Counted from the stretch's first letter, positions 39,015-49,272 are shown. The stretch is DNA of 64,000 nt from an uncultured Candidatus Saccharibacteria bacterium (GCA_964621195.1 CAZULJ010000004.1:16620-80619); one strand, 5' to 3'. Notes: generated by a model from the letters alone, not told the origin. Numbers and translations are program-made.

Positions 39015-40565
39015 TTACCTGTTTGCTACTTTCCTTTCAAATTTCTCTCTGTATTTGAAGTCTTCCTTTCGTACAAAGGTACTGTTTGGAAGATTGTAGA
39101 CAACTACACCAAATACTACTAATACAAACCCAGCAAGTATTCTAGAAGCGGTAGTATCAAAGAGACCTGTCTGTGGTACCTCAGGTTCTGCGATTTCACA
39201 ATCCGCTGTAATATTTGCTGTTGCTGTTATGGCATCAGAATCAACGGGTGTTAATGTTACTGTATTTGCATAAGTGTCAAAGTTATCCTTATCTATCACG
39301 AGCTTATAGTTTAGCACTTTCGATGCTCCTGCGTTTATTGTAAGAGGAGAAGATGAATAATCCCACAAGATTTTACCATCTGCGTATGAGCCTGGAGATG
39401 TAATCGTCGATAACTGTACAAATGAGCTTATAACTTTACTATCAAGAGTATCTTCTACCTTCGTTATTTGCCCTGCACCATCACCCGTGTTCCTGATAGT
39501 TATTGTATATAAAAGTTCTGATTTAGGATCTTCTGTATTCTCATCAATACACTGTTCTACTACAGCCTTACTTATATCCCAATCTGGGTTAGTTTCCTCT
39601 TCCAAAAGAGTGAAGCTAGTACTTACAGCACAAGCAGTACTGGTAGCACCCTTTTTATCTTCCCAACTCAAAGTGAGTGTATGAGAACCTGTAGATAGTT
39701 TACTTCCAGTTTTACTTAGATCTCCCGTAATCAATGATTCCGTAGCCTGTTCAGTAACTTTGAAACATTTTGTAGCACTTGGCGAAGTACACTCTGGAAT
39801 GGCAACACCATCAAGCTTTACAACTATTTTTGACTTATTAATTCCATCTTTATCTTTTGCCTTTACACCAAAAGATATATTGGTTTCATAGGCAATACTA
39901 CCAGTAGGTTTGGTAACCCATTCTCCACCATCGCAAACATTTGCAGGAGTACAGTCATCCTCTGCATAGGGGTTCTTACATTCATCTTTTTTACCGTAGC
40001 ATGGATGACCAGGTTTGTATTCTTCGATAGTGACCGATCCATTGTTGACATTACACATAGCAATATACGCTTTACACGTACCGGAAGCTTTTGCATCGAC
40101 TTGCCCCTGTGTACCACTGGGGAATGTACAGTTTACGCCACAACCATTGCTCCAAGAGTCACAAACACACTTAACAACAGGAGTATCGTCACAAGCTTTT
40201 GTGCCAAATTCTCCTTTACGACCTGCATCTTCACAAGCATCTGCACAGGAGCCTGAATTTGTTGTCACCCAATTTCCATCACAACATTTACATCTCTTTG
40301 CATCACCACAAGCGACAGTACCACACAGCTCTCCATTCTCGTAACAATCCATAAATCCGCTATTGTTTTTACACCATTCGCTATCGTAACAAGCCGCAGT
40401 AGCTGCTGCAGAACATCCAGTACCACCACCACCCGCATCACTATCTGTAGGGTCTAATTGACTCTCTTGATTAACTCTCCATATCAAGAAACCAAGAAGT
40501 GCAGAAAGCAAAACTATTGAAATTGCAAATATGATCTTACTAGTATTTGTTAATCTAACAGCCAT
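39015..40565 (-). CDS. Cys-rich surface protein with Ig-like/DUF11-like domains and VPQTG-TM C-terminus
   Basis: N-terminal TM, 22 Cys in about 165 aa, DISKAV..LLYTITIRNTG..VEDTLD (DUF11-like), VPQTG plus TM. Confidence 0.7.
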   Translation of the reverse strand: MAVRLTNTSKIIFAISIVLLSALLGFLIWRVNQESQLDPTDSDAGGGGTGCSAAATAACYDSEWCKNNSGFMDCYENGELCGTVACGDAKRCKCCDGNWVTTNSGSCADACEDAGRKGEFGTKACDDTPVVKCVCDSWSNGCGVNCTFPSGTQGQVDAKASGTCKAYIAMCNVNNGSVTIEEYKPGHPCYGKKDECKNPYAEDDCTPANVCDGGEWVTKPTGSIAYETNISFGVKAKDKDGINKSKIVVKLDGVAIPECTSPSATKCFKVTEQATESLITGDLSKTGSKLSTGSHTLTLSWEDKKGATSTACAVSTSFTLLEEETNPDWDISKAVVEQCIDENTEDPKSELLYTITIRNTGDGAGQITKVEDTLDSKVISSFVQLSTITSPGSYADGKILWDYSSSPLTINAGASKVLNYKLVIDKDNFDTYANTVTLTPVDSDAITATANITADCEIAEPEVPQTGLFDTTASRILAGFVLVVFGVVVYNLPNSTFVRKEDFKYREKFERKVANR

Positions 40566-40602
40566 TAGAGCAGTAAATAAATTTTTCTATCTTAAAGATA
40601 TA

Positions 40603-41745
40603 CTATCTAAACAGAGTCTGCAACTGGTCAATATTAAATATATCTTTAAGCATTATTCCAATAATTAAAAGTATTAGAAAACCAAAGCTAACATTGATAA
40701 TTATTGCCTCTACCTTCGGATCTAAATCTTTCCTTAGAACACCCTCTATCAAAAGTATAAATGCCCTACCACCATCTAATGCTGGAATAGGTAAAAGATT
40801 CATAATTGCAAGGGAGATAGAAAGATCTGCAACTATACCTAAGAATACAAAGATACCCAAAGTCTTGAAGTAATCTATTACAAAATATATACCCACAGGA
40901 CCACTTACAGTGTTTGATAGAGAGGAATAGTCACCACTCTCCTGTGCTTCGGAGAATAGATTCCCTAATACATAACCGGTTAGTTTTACAACATTGAAGG
41001 AGTGTGCGACGCCAGAGAATATTCTGTTTTCGTTGTAATCAAGATAAACAGCATAGTTATCACCAATATACATCCCTACTTTACCCTCTTCATTTACAGG
41101 TACTAAGAATGTATTACAGACCTCATTCTCAAGCTCACATGCTTCAATCTGTGTATTTGTATTTGCCTTCTCAGCAAGAATCTCTTTTAAATCAGAATAG
41201 TCATCTATACTCTCACCACCAATACTTTTGATGTAACCTTCTTGGTACATACCAGAATCTAAAGCCCCACTATCCTCAGTTAATTGATATGGAAGATCAG
41301 ACACCCTTTCAGAGGTTATCTTTGCCCCTATGGGATTAAACTCTGAATATTCTCTACCGATATTTAATCTCCAGCCACTAGAAGAAAGGAATATTGTATA
41401 GAGAATTATTGCAAGAAGTACATTCATTGTTACACCAGCAAGCATAACAAAGATTTGAGCAAGTTTACTCTTGTTTTTAAGATTGCCCTTATCAGTTCTT
41501 ATCTCCTCTTCTGAGGTAGGATCACCATCTCCTAAAATCTTTACATAGCCACCAAAGGGAAGGATACGAATATTGTAGGTAGTTTCTCCAACCGTTTTCG
41601 AAATGATCTTCGGACCAAAACCTACCGAAAAATCAAAAACTTTTGCACCAACTAGCTTTGCTGCTAAAAAATGCCCTAATTCGTGAACAAAGGTTAGTAA
41701 GCTAATTACCAGTATTAAAAGAAGGATATTGATAATAACGGACAT
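40603..41745 (-). CDS. rseP: RseP-like M50 intramembrane metalloprotease
   Basis: HELGHF, FSVGFGP, PFGGYV, GPVGI, NLLPIPALDGG. Confidence 0.92.
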   Translation of the reverse strand: MSVIINILLLILVISLLTFVHELGHFLAAKLVGAKVFDFSVGFGPKIISKTVGETTYNIRILPFGGYVKILGDGDPTSEEEIRTDKGNLKNKSKLAQIFVMLAGVTMNVLLAIILYTIFLSSSGWRLNIGREYSEFNPIGAKITSERVSDLPYQLTEDSGALDSGMYQEGYIKSIGGESIDDYSDLKEILAEKANTNTQIEACELENEVCNTFLVPVNEEGKVGMYIGDNYAVYLDYNENRIFSGVAHSFNVVKLTGYVLGNLFSEAQESGDYSSLSNTVSGPVGIYFVIDYFKTLGIFVFLGIVADLSISLAIMNLLPIPALDGGRAFILLIEGVLRKDLDPKVEAIIINVSFGFLILLIIGIMLKDIFNIDQLQTLFR

Positions 41746-41767
41746 ATATATTTTGGGGCAAGATTAA

Positions 41768-42313
41768 TTAGAAAGTTAAAAGATCTTTCTCTTTTGTATC
41801 TTTTAGCTCTTCGATTTTTGTATTTGCATCCTTAACTACCTTTTCAGCTTCAGCCCTTAGTCTTTCTGCATCATCTTCAGAGAATCCAGATCCTAGGGAT
41901 TCATCAATATCTTTCATAAACTTCTGCCTTACCTGCCTTACCGCAATCCTTGCATCTTCTACCCTATCTTTCATAACTTTTACATAGTCTCTTCTTCTCT
42001 CTTCTGTTAATTCAGGAATTGTAACTCTGATATGATCACCCTCTGAAGACGCCCCAAAACCTAGATTTGCTCCAGAGATTGAACTCACAATGTTATCTAC
42101 TATTGATTTATCCCAAGGTATAACTAAGAGAGATCTTGTATCGGAGGCATTTACATTGGCATAGTTTTTAAGAGGAGCTTCTGTTCCATATGCTTTAACA
42201 GAAATATCCTGTACAAGCTCTGGAGTTGCTCTTCCCGTCCTTATTTGAGAAAGATCTTCTACAAGGTTATCTACACACTTTTGAATATCTACTTTAAATG
42301 TATCTAAATCCAT
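41768..42313 (-). CDS. frr: Ribosome recycling factor
   Basis: IRTGRA, PWD, PELTEERR, ARIAVR. Confidence 0.96.
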   Translation of the reverse strand: MDLDTFKVDIQKCVDNLVEDLSQIRTGRATPELVQDISVKAYGTEAPLKNYANVNASDTRSLLVIPWDKSIVDNIVSSISGANLGFGASSEGDHIRVTIPELTEERRRDYVKVMKDRVEDARIAVRQVRQKFMKDIDESLGSGFSEDDAERLRAEAEKVVKDANTKIEELKDTKEKDLLTF

Positions 42314-42372
42314 TTAGATAAGTGTAACAACTTATAACTATATGATATTTCAATTTCGCTTTAATCTCAAGA

Positions 42373-43089
42373 CTACTTACCAAATTCCCAGATCAGAATT
42401 CTCCTAATCTCTATTGGTTCACCAAGCTTTGAGATAGCTTCATCAAGTAGATTCTTAATAGTTTTGCTTTCATCTTTAAACCATTTCTGATCTAAAAGAC
42501 ATTTCTCTTCATAGAACTTCTTAAGTTTACCCTCTACTATTTTCTCTGCAATATTTGCAGGTTTACCCTCTGCTTCGGCTTCTTTTTGGAAAATGGTTTT
42601 CATTTCTGCCATCTTTTCCTCAGAGACACTTTCTCTTGAAATATATACTGGCTTCATAGCTGCAACTTGAAGTGCTACTTCGTGTACAAAGCTTCTAAAG
42701 TCTTCGTTCCTTGCTACAAAATCTGTCTTACAGGTAGCTTCTACTAATGCGACGAGCTTCTGTTCTTTTCCGTGTACATATGTTTCAATTATGCCCTCAC
42801 CAATAGGAGATGCACAGTCTGGTTCAATTGGTTCATCCCAACCTCTTTCTTTTATTAAAGCTACCGCCTTTTCAAAATCTTTTTCGGACTCTTCAAAAGC
42901 AAGCTTACAAAGACCTATCTTTGCGCCAGTAAGATTGTGTAATCTGTTGATAACATCGCTTCTGCTATTAATATACTCAATAGCCTTTTCCATATCACCA
43001 TCACTTTTAGCCAAAGCTTCTTTACATAAAACCATTCCTGCTGAAGTTTTTGCTCTAAGCAACTTTATATCCTCGATAGATGCTCCCAT
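42373..43089 (-). CDS. tsf: Elongation factor Ts with duplicated N-terminal domain
   Basis: LRAKTSAGMVLCKEAL, CKTDFVAR, GKPANIAEKIVEGK. Confidence 0.95.
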   Translation of the reverse strand: MGASIEDIKLLRAKTSAGMVLCKEALAKSDGDMEKAIEYINSRSDVINRLHNLTGAKIGLCKLAFEESEKDFEKAVALIKERGWDEPIEPDCASPIGEGIIETYVHGKEQKLVALVEATCKTDFVARNEDFRSFVHEVALQVAAMKPVYISRESVSEEKMAEMKTIFQKEAEAEGKPANIAEKIVEGKLKKFYEEKCLLDQKWFKDESKTIKNLLDEAISKLGEPIEIRRILIWEFGK

Positions 43090-43107
43090 TCTAGTAAAAA
43101 ACTCAAG

Positions 43108-44259
43108 TTATTTAATAGCTTTTAAGATATCCTCAACTGCTTTCTCACCTATTCCCTTGATCTCTTTCAAATCACCCTTATCCTTCCCAGTCAAATCTTC
43201 TACAGTATGAAGCCCTGCCTCATGTAAAGCTTTCTCTATTCTTGCGGAAAGTCCCAAATCCTCTATCTTTCTAGAATTTGACTCTGCCTTTACTGCCTCA
43301 GCTGCTGCAAAATCTTCTTCAATATTCTTTTCTCTCTTTACAACCCTTACAACACCTGATGTCTGAACATCAGTTTTTCCCTCTCTCATTGCTTTCATTC
43401 TTAATCTATCTTCCTCTTCCATTTTCTCTTGTCTTTCCCTCTCTTCGAGGAATCTAGCCTTCATATTCTTAAGGTTTGCGCCATGATTTGTTCTAAGCGC
43501 TCTCAAAGATTCAGACTTTTTACCACCCTTTATTACCTCTTCAAAAAGAGATATGAAGAGTGAGATACTCTTAATTGAATCATCGTTAGCAGGTATTGCA
43601 TAATCAACTAGATCAGGATCACAGTTGGTATCTATTAATGCTAAAACTGGAATACCTGCAATGATCGCCTCCTTTATTGCGTTCTTCTCCACCTTACTAT
43701 CAATTACCACAAGCATCTTAGGTAATTCATCCATAAACTTGATACCTTCATATACTTTGTTCATTCTTTCTACTTCTCTTTCCATTAAAAGGACCTCTTT
43801 TTTAACGAGATCTCCGCCACCTGAAGCCAAGGTTTCTTCCATCTTTACAAGAGTTTGAATACTCTTCTTAATATGATCAAAGTTTGTAAAAAGACCACCT
43901 GGCCACCTCTTAGTAACATAGAACGCTCCAGAGGATTTCGCACTGCTCTCTACTAGTCCAGCTGCCTGTCCCTTTGTACCAACAATCAATACGTTCCCCG
44001 TATCTACAACAGAATTAAGCTCAGTAAGAGCCTTCTCTAAAAGTTTTCTTGTCTTTACAAGATCAATTATATGAACTCCATTCCTCGTCTCATAGATGAA
44101 TTTTTTCATCTTAGGATTCCATGCGCTAGCCTTGTGTCCAAAGTGTGCACCTGCCTTGAGGAATGTAATTAATTCTGGAATTTCAACTTTAAGGCTTTTC
44201 TTTTCTGTCTCTGCCTTTGGTTTTGCAACCTTCTGTAAGACATTTTTTGTTTCTTCCAT
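43108..44259 (-). CDS. rpsB: 30S ribosomal protein uS2 with C-terminal alphaCTD-like HhH domain
   Basis: AGAHFGH..WNPKM, RWPGG.FTN, DTNCDP, PANDD; tail IEDLGLSAR..IKGIGEKA. Confidence 0.96.
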   Translation of the reverse strand: MEETKNVLQKVAKPKAETEKKSLKVEIPELITFLKAGAHFGHKASAWNPKMKKFIYETRNGVHIIDLVKTRKLLEKALTELNSVVDTGNVLIVGTKGQAAGLVESSAKSSGAFYVTKRWPGGLFTNFDHIKKSIQTLVKMEETLASGGGDLVKKEVLLMEREVERMNKVYEGIKFMDELPKMLVVIDSKVEKNAIKEAIIAGIPVLALIDTNCDPDLVDYAIPANDDSIKSISLFISLFEEVIKGGKKSESLRALRTNHGANLKNMKARFLEERERQEKMEEEDRLRMKAMREGKTDVQTSGVVRVVKREKNIEEDFAAAEAVKAESNSRKIEDLGLSARIEKALHEAGLHTVEDLTGKDKGDLKEIKGIGEKAVEDILKAIK

Positions 44260-44273
44260 AATTTTTTCCTTTT

Positions 44274-44326
44274 ACACCTATCTCTGTGGGTAGATACTCT
44301 CTATCCAGGAAATACCAGAGATATGT
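44274..44326 (-). promoter_or_regulatory. Putative rpsB leader (S2 autoregulatory-type) stem-loop
   Basis: Minus strand CACA-TATCTCTG...CAGAGATA-GGTG with inner TGGATA/TATCTA helix, between TATAAT (44335-44330) and the rpsB start. Confidence 0.5.
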
Positions 44327-44367
44327 GAGATAAATAAAATACGAACCTGATTATATACATAAAAGAG

Positions 44368-45003
44368 TCAGATTTCAACCGTACTCCATCCTTTACTACC
44401 TACTACAATGTGATCAAGCAAGGGTATACCAACCAATTCCATTGCAAAGGATATCTTCTTCGTTAATTCTACATCTTCAATACTAGGCGTACAATCACCT
44501 GAAGGGTGGTTATGAGCCATTAATACGAAAGCTGCGTTACAAGAAATTGCTGGATACAAAACATCTCTAGGTTGTACAGATGCACAATTCAAAGATCCAA
44601 TAGCAATTACTTCTCTCAGGATATATTCAAACCTAGAATTGAGACAAAGGATATCAACCCTCTCCTTTTTCAATTTATACATATCCTTAAATATTTCATA
44701 AGCTTCACTTGAAGTCACAACCCTAATTGAGTCCTTTTCAAAGTTACCATATACCCTCCGACCCAGTTCAATACCCGCAATTATCTTCATCGCTAAGATA
44801 TCCCCTACACCCTTAATAGAGGAGAATGTTCTAAGAGATATCTTTTCACCAACCCTATTACTCTCTTGAATCTGCTTAAGTAATAGGTATGAAATCTTTT
44901 TGTAGCTATACCCCTTGATACCACTACCTACAAGAATCTGTAAAAGTTCAATGTCTGAGAGGGAATCTATACCTTTTAGAAGAAATTTTTCTCTAGGTAA
45001 CAT
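44368..45003 (-). CDS. radC: RadC family JAB-domain protein
   Basis: LPREK..G..SLSD.ELL, HhH, HNHPSGDCTPS.ED, LLDHIVVG. Confidence 0.93.
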   Translation of the reverse strand: MLPREKFLLKGIDSLSDIELLQILVGSGIKGYSYKKISYLLLKQIQESNRVGEKISLRTFSSIKGVGDILAMKIIAGIELGRRVYGNFEKDSIRVVTSSEAYEIFKDMYKLKKERVDILCLNSRFEYILREVIAIGSLNCASVQPRDVLYPAISCNAAFVLMAHNHPSGDCTPSIEDVELTKKISFAMELVGIPLLDHIVVGSKGWSTVEI

Positions 45004-45039
45004 ATACCTAAAGAATACACGGAGGATGTGAAAGCTAGG

Positions 45040-47166
45040 TTAACTCTTTGTCTTTTTCTTACGAGCAACCTTTTTGATATATTTACAATCGGGATACCCA
45101 CTACAACCTGTGAAAGATCTACCCCATTTACTCCTTCTTTCTACTAAATTCTTACCACACTCTGGACAGACCTCATTTAAAAGTAGAGGGACTGTCCCCT
45201 TACACTCTGGATACTTCTCACATGCCCAGAACTTTCCATACTTACTGTTCTTTAAAAGAAGTTTTGCCCCACAAACAGGACAACTTTCCGGTTTAAAATA
45301 TTTCTTAAAGTCGAGAGATTCTTCACCACCACTAATATCCTTCATACCCTTACACTCAGGGAATCTACTACAGCTTAAGAACTTACCATACCTACCAAGT
45401 CTTACAATCATCTCAGAGTTACACTCTGAACATTTCTCTTCAGATTTGGAGAGTATAACTACATCGTCTTTTTGGACATTCTCGTCTGCTTTCTTAATAT
45501 CAGAAATTAGAGGTTTAAATTCCTTATCTATGAATGGTACATATCGGATTTTCCCCTGAGCGATAAGGTCAAGACCCTCTTCAACTCCAGCGGTATACTT
45601 GTAATCAACTAAGTTTTGGAAGTTACCCTTAAGAAAATGTGTAACCACCCTTCCTATATCTTTTGGTAATAGATATTTGCCCTCCTTTGTAACATAGTCC
45701 CTAGCCTGGATTGTGCCAATGATTGTTGCATATGTAGAAGGCCTACCAATGCCTAAAGATTCCAACTTCTTTACAAGCGAAGCCTCAGTATATCTAGGTT
45801 TTGGTTGAGTAAATTTCTGTTCGTAGAAAAAATTCAATTTATCAAATATATCCCCTTTCTTTACGTTACTAATCTCCTGAATTAACTCCTCACTCTCATT
45901 TCCCCCTCCATAGAGGATTCGGTATCCATCGAAAAGAGTTTTCTGTGCACCTACAGAAAAAACATACTTATGCTTCATTTGCTCAACAGGCTCAAAGTAA
46001 AGAGTCATATTCTCAACCCCCTTCTCCTTCATCTGAGAAGATACCGCTCTTTTCCATATCAGATCGTACAATCTAGCCTCTGCCTCTCCAAATTTCTGCG
46101 AGATAAATTCTTTGGAGATTGAAAAATCGGTTGGTCTAATAGCTTCGTGAGCCTCTTGGGCATTCTTACTTCTGTTTTTGTAATACCTAGGAGATGCGGG
46201 TAAATAGTCATTTCCGAATTTCTTTAATATTGTATCCCTAATCTCTCTTACCGCCTTATCGGCTAGGTAAACAGAGTCTGTTCTCATATATGTAATATAT
46301 CCCGATTGATACAGAGACTGTGCAAGAGCCATAGTTCTTTTTGCAGAGAATCCCAATACATTGTTAGCAGCCTGCTGAAGTGTGGAGGTAGTGTATGGTG
46401 GATATGGATTTTTTTTTACTTCTTTTTTTACAACATCCGTTACTAAGTACTTTGAATTACCAAGGTCACTCTCTAAAACGGTAATCTCCTCCTTTTTTGT
46501 TGGAATATATTTTTTAGAATCTCTTCTTAGTAATTTAATACGTAATTTCTCACCATCTTTTTGGACATCAACAAAAAAATCCCAATATTCATCTGGGATA
46601 AAGGACTCACGCTCCTCTTCTCTTTCTACGACCAGTCTTAAGGCTACAGACTGTACACGTCCAGCAGAAAGGCCATACCAGATCTTTTTCCAAAGTAATT
46701 CCGAAAGTTTGTAACCAAACAATCTATCTAATACACGCCTAGCCTTTTGAGCTTCGACAAGATTTTCATTTACAACGGATGCGTTCCCAATTGCTTCTGT
46801 TATAGCTTCCTTTGTAATTTCGTGGAATGTGACCCTCTTTGCATCTTTCAGAGACAAAGATTCTTTAACATGCCAAGCAATAGCTTCTCCCTCACGATCA
46901 GGGTCCATTGCCAAATATACATTCCCGTCCTTAGGAACAGCCTTTTTCAAATCTTTTATTATCTTACCTTTACCATATATCGTTTCAAAAAGAGGTTGGT
47001 AGTCATTTTCGACATCTACCCCAAGTTTACTCTTAGGTAAATCGATAACATGGCCGACAGTGGCCATAACTTTGTACTCATCCCCCAAATACTTATTTAT
47101 CGTCTTCGCTTTCGCTGGGGACTCTACAATTAATAGATTTTTGTAATTTTGTTCTTTTTTAGCCAT
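45040..47166 (-). CDS. topA: DNA topoisomerase I with C-terminal zinc ribbons
   Basis: IVESPAKAKTI, DPDREGEAI, SAGRVQS, ITYMRTDS, AQEAHEAIRPT, GIGRPSTYA. Confidence 0.98.
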   Translation of the reverse strand: MAKKEQNYKNLLIVESPAKAKTINKYLGDEYKVMATVGHVIDLPKSKLGVDVENDYQPLFETIYGKGKIIKDLKKAVPKDGNVYLAMDPDREGEAIAWHVKESLSLKDAKRVTFHEITKEAITEAIGNASVVNENLVEAQKARRVLDRLFGYKLSELLWKKIWYGLSAGRVQSVALRLVVEREEERESFIPDEYWDFFVDVQKDGEKLRIKLLRRDSKKYIPTKKEEITVLESDLGNSKYLVTDVVKKEVKKNPYPPYTTSTLQQAANNVLGFSAKRTMALAQSLYQSGYITYMRTDSVYLADKAVREIRDTILKKFGNDYLPASPRYYKNRSKNAQEAHEAIRPTDFSISKEFISQKFGEAEARLYDLIWKRAVSSQMKEKGVENMTLYFEPVEQMKHKYVFSVGAQKTLFDGYRILYGGGNESEELIQEISNVKKGDIFDKLNFFYEQKFTQPKPRYTEASLVKKLESLGIGRPSTYATIIGTIQARDYVTKEGKYLLPKDIGRVVTHFLKGNFQNLVDYKYTAGVEEGLDLIAQGKIRYVPFIDKEFKPLISDIKKADENVQKDDVVILSKSEEKCSECNSEMIVRLGRYGKFLSCSRFPECKGMKDISGGEESLDFKKYFKPESCPVCGAKLLLKNSKYGKFWACEKYPECKGTVPLLLNEVCPECGKNLVERRSKWGRSFTGCSGYPDCKYIKKVARKKKTKS

Positions 47167-47248
47167 AAACGCAGTAAAAATACACAATGTTTAAATATAT
47201 GTCAAACAAAGACCTCATTCATATTACACTAATTCTATGAAAAATCCC

Positions 47249-49267
47249 TTACTCGACTAAACCTGTCTGTACCATCCATAGAATCATTTCCCTCATTACC
47301 GCAGAAGCATTTGAACTCATACCACCATCTTCTAAAAATATTGAAAAGGAATATTTAGGATTCTCATATGGAAAGAAACCACCAACCCAAGCATGAGTAT
47401 CCTCATATATACCTTTCTCGTTTACCTTACCAAACTCTGCGGTACCTGTTTTTGCTGCGACTGTGACACCAGTTCCAGACAATGAACCAACTATACCTCT
47501 AGAACCGTTTACAGTCTCCCACATACCCTTTCTAACAATCTCCAATGCAGATTTTGATACAATGTTTTCTTCCAATATTTCAAACTCCAATGGATATTCC
47601 AAACCATTCCCATCGACAAGTTTCTTAGCAACATGAGGCGTATACAAGGTACCACCATTGGCAATCGCAGCCATCCAGTTTGACATCTGTATTGGAGTAA
47701 CAAGGGTTATACCCTGGCCAATAACAGAGTTACAGGAATCACCCTCTGGATACCATACGGGCTCCAACCAAGGGCTAGTAGTATTCGCCAACTTTATCTT
47801 GTTCTCTGGGGAGGGTAAACGTCCTTTTGCTTCCCCTGGGATATCAATATTGGTATATTCACCAATACCAAATCTTTCTAAATATGGGACTAATTCATCC
47901 ATATCCCAATCTCGGATCATTTCACAAAAGAAAATATTTGATGACACAGCAAGTGCATCTACGACTGTTAGTGATCCATATACATGCTTTCTAAACTCCT
48001 GGAAGGGAGCCCCATTCGAAAAGGTATATCCCGCCCTACTTACATATACTGTATTTTTAGTAATAGCCTTAGAGTCTAGACCTGCAGCCGCTACGATAGT
48101 TTTAAAGGTTGAGCCTGGTGGCATTTGCGCTGCAAGGGCACGGTTTAGGAGAGGATTCTGTTTGTTTTCCAAAATCTTAGAATACTCCTCCTGGGATATC
48201 CCACCAATAAATAGGTTACCGTCGTAGCTTGGGTAGCTTACAATCGCCAGTATCTCCCCACTATTAACATCCTGAATAACTCCCGCTGCCCCTGCCGCAT
48301 TGTTTTTGGTAACAGCATCTGCAAGTAGTTCATATAATTTAACCTGGGCTTCTTTGTTGATAGTTAAATACAAATTGTTACCTGGTACAGGAGCAGACAC
48401 AAGATATGGCTCCTTTGTTACAGATTTACCAAATGCATCTACTTCCTCGGCCAATTGACCATCTTTACCCCTGAATTCTAAATCGTAATACTTCTCAAGC
48501 CCTGATTTACCAACAATATCTCCGGAAGTAAGAACCTCAGAATTCTCAATATCTTCAGCAGATACCTCACCTGTATATCCAAGTATATGAGTAAAATATT
48601 CACCATATAGATAGTGCCTTTTATTTCCGTTATCAATAAGAACACCAGGCATATCAGCCAACCTTGCTTTTATCTTGATAACAGTATCATTGTCTAAGTC
48701 AGTACTTATTAAGATCTTACTAAAATATGGACTCGAGGCATGTATAGAATAAATACGCTCAGAGATAGACTCGTACACGACCCCCTCTTGTGTGTCCTCT
48801 TTCTTCCAATTCTCACCGACAATACCCCCCAGGGTATCAAGACTCTCCTCTAGCATTTTGTTGTCTAAGCCCCCATCCTCAGTAATATATGGCTCCAAGG
48901 AGAGATACAGGTTCATAGAGGCGACGTTCTCTACCAGCTTGTTCCCGTTTATATCAAAAACTATGCCCCTATCAGCTGAAACTTTTGTAAGCCTAATCTT
49001 GTTCCTAGCAGACCTTTCTGCCATCTCCCCTCCCTGTACAATCTGGAGCTTTGTAATAGAAGATATTAACAAACCGAATGTCACAAAAAATATCAAAAAT
49101 GCATACAAGAAGTTCCAAGGAGATACATCCAACACCTTGCTACCATTTAATAGGCCGTTTGAGACATACTCTTTCAAATTAGGGGACTTCCCACTCTTCC
49201 AATTCGAAGTGGCCTTATTCAGCTTCTTACCATTCAATTTTTTATCAAAATTCAAAGAAGTACCCAT
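47249..49267 (-). CDS. mrdA: Penicillin-binding protein 2
   Basis: RGIVFD, PGSTFK, SSN, KTGTAE; in the mreBCD operon. Confidence 0.93.
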   Translation of the reverse strand: MGTSLNFDKKLNGKKLNKATSNWKSGKSPNLKEYVSNGLLNGSKVLDVSPWNFLYAFLIFFVTFGLLISSITKLQIVQGGEMAERSARNKIRLTKVSADRGIVFDINGNKLVENVASMNLYLSLEPYITEDGGLDNKMLEESLDTLGGIVGENWKKEDTQEGVVYESISERIYSIHASSPYFSKILISTDLDNDTVIKIKARLADMPGVLIDNGNKRHYLYGEYFTHILGYTGEVSAEDIENSEVLTSGDIVGKSGLEKYYDLEFRGKDGQLAEEVDAFGKSVTKEPYLVSAPVPGNNLYLTINKEAQVKLYELLADAVTKNNAAGAAGVIQDVNSGEILAIVSYPSYDGNLFIGGISQEEYSKILENKQNPLLNRALAAQMPPGSTFKTIVAAAGLDSKAITKNTVYVSRAGYTFSNGAPFQEFRKHVYGSLTVVDALAVSSNIFFCEMIRDWDMDELVPYLERFGIGEYTNIDIPGEAKGRLPSPENKIKLANTTSPWLEPVWYPEGDSCNSVIGQGITLVTPIQMSNWMAAIANGGTLYTPHVAKKLVDGNGLEYPLEFEILEENIVSKSALEIVRKGMWETVNGSRGIVGSLSGTGVTVAAKTGTAEFGKVNEKGIYEDTHAWVGGFFPYENPKYSFSIFLEDGGMSSNASAVMREMILWMVQTGLVE

Positions 49268-49272
49268 ACTTA

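Noticed and set aside
44368-45003. radC as a marker of a mobile element
   Set aside because: Full-length chromosomal type with HhH region, between topA and rpsB, with no mobility genes nearby.
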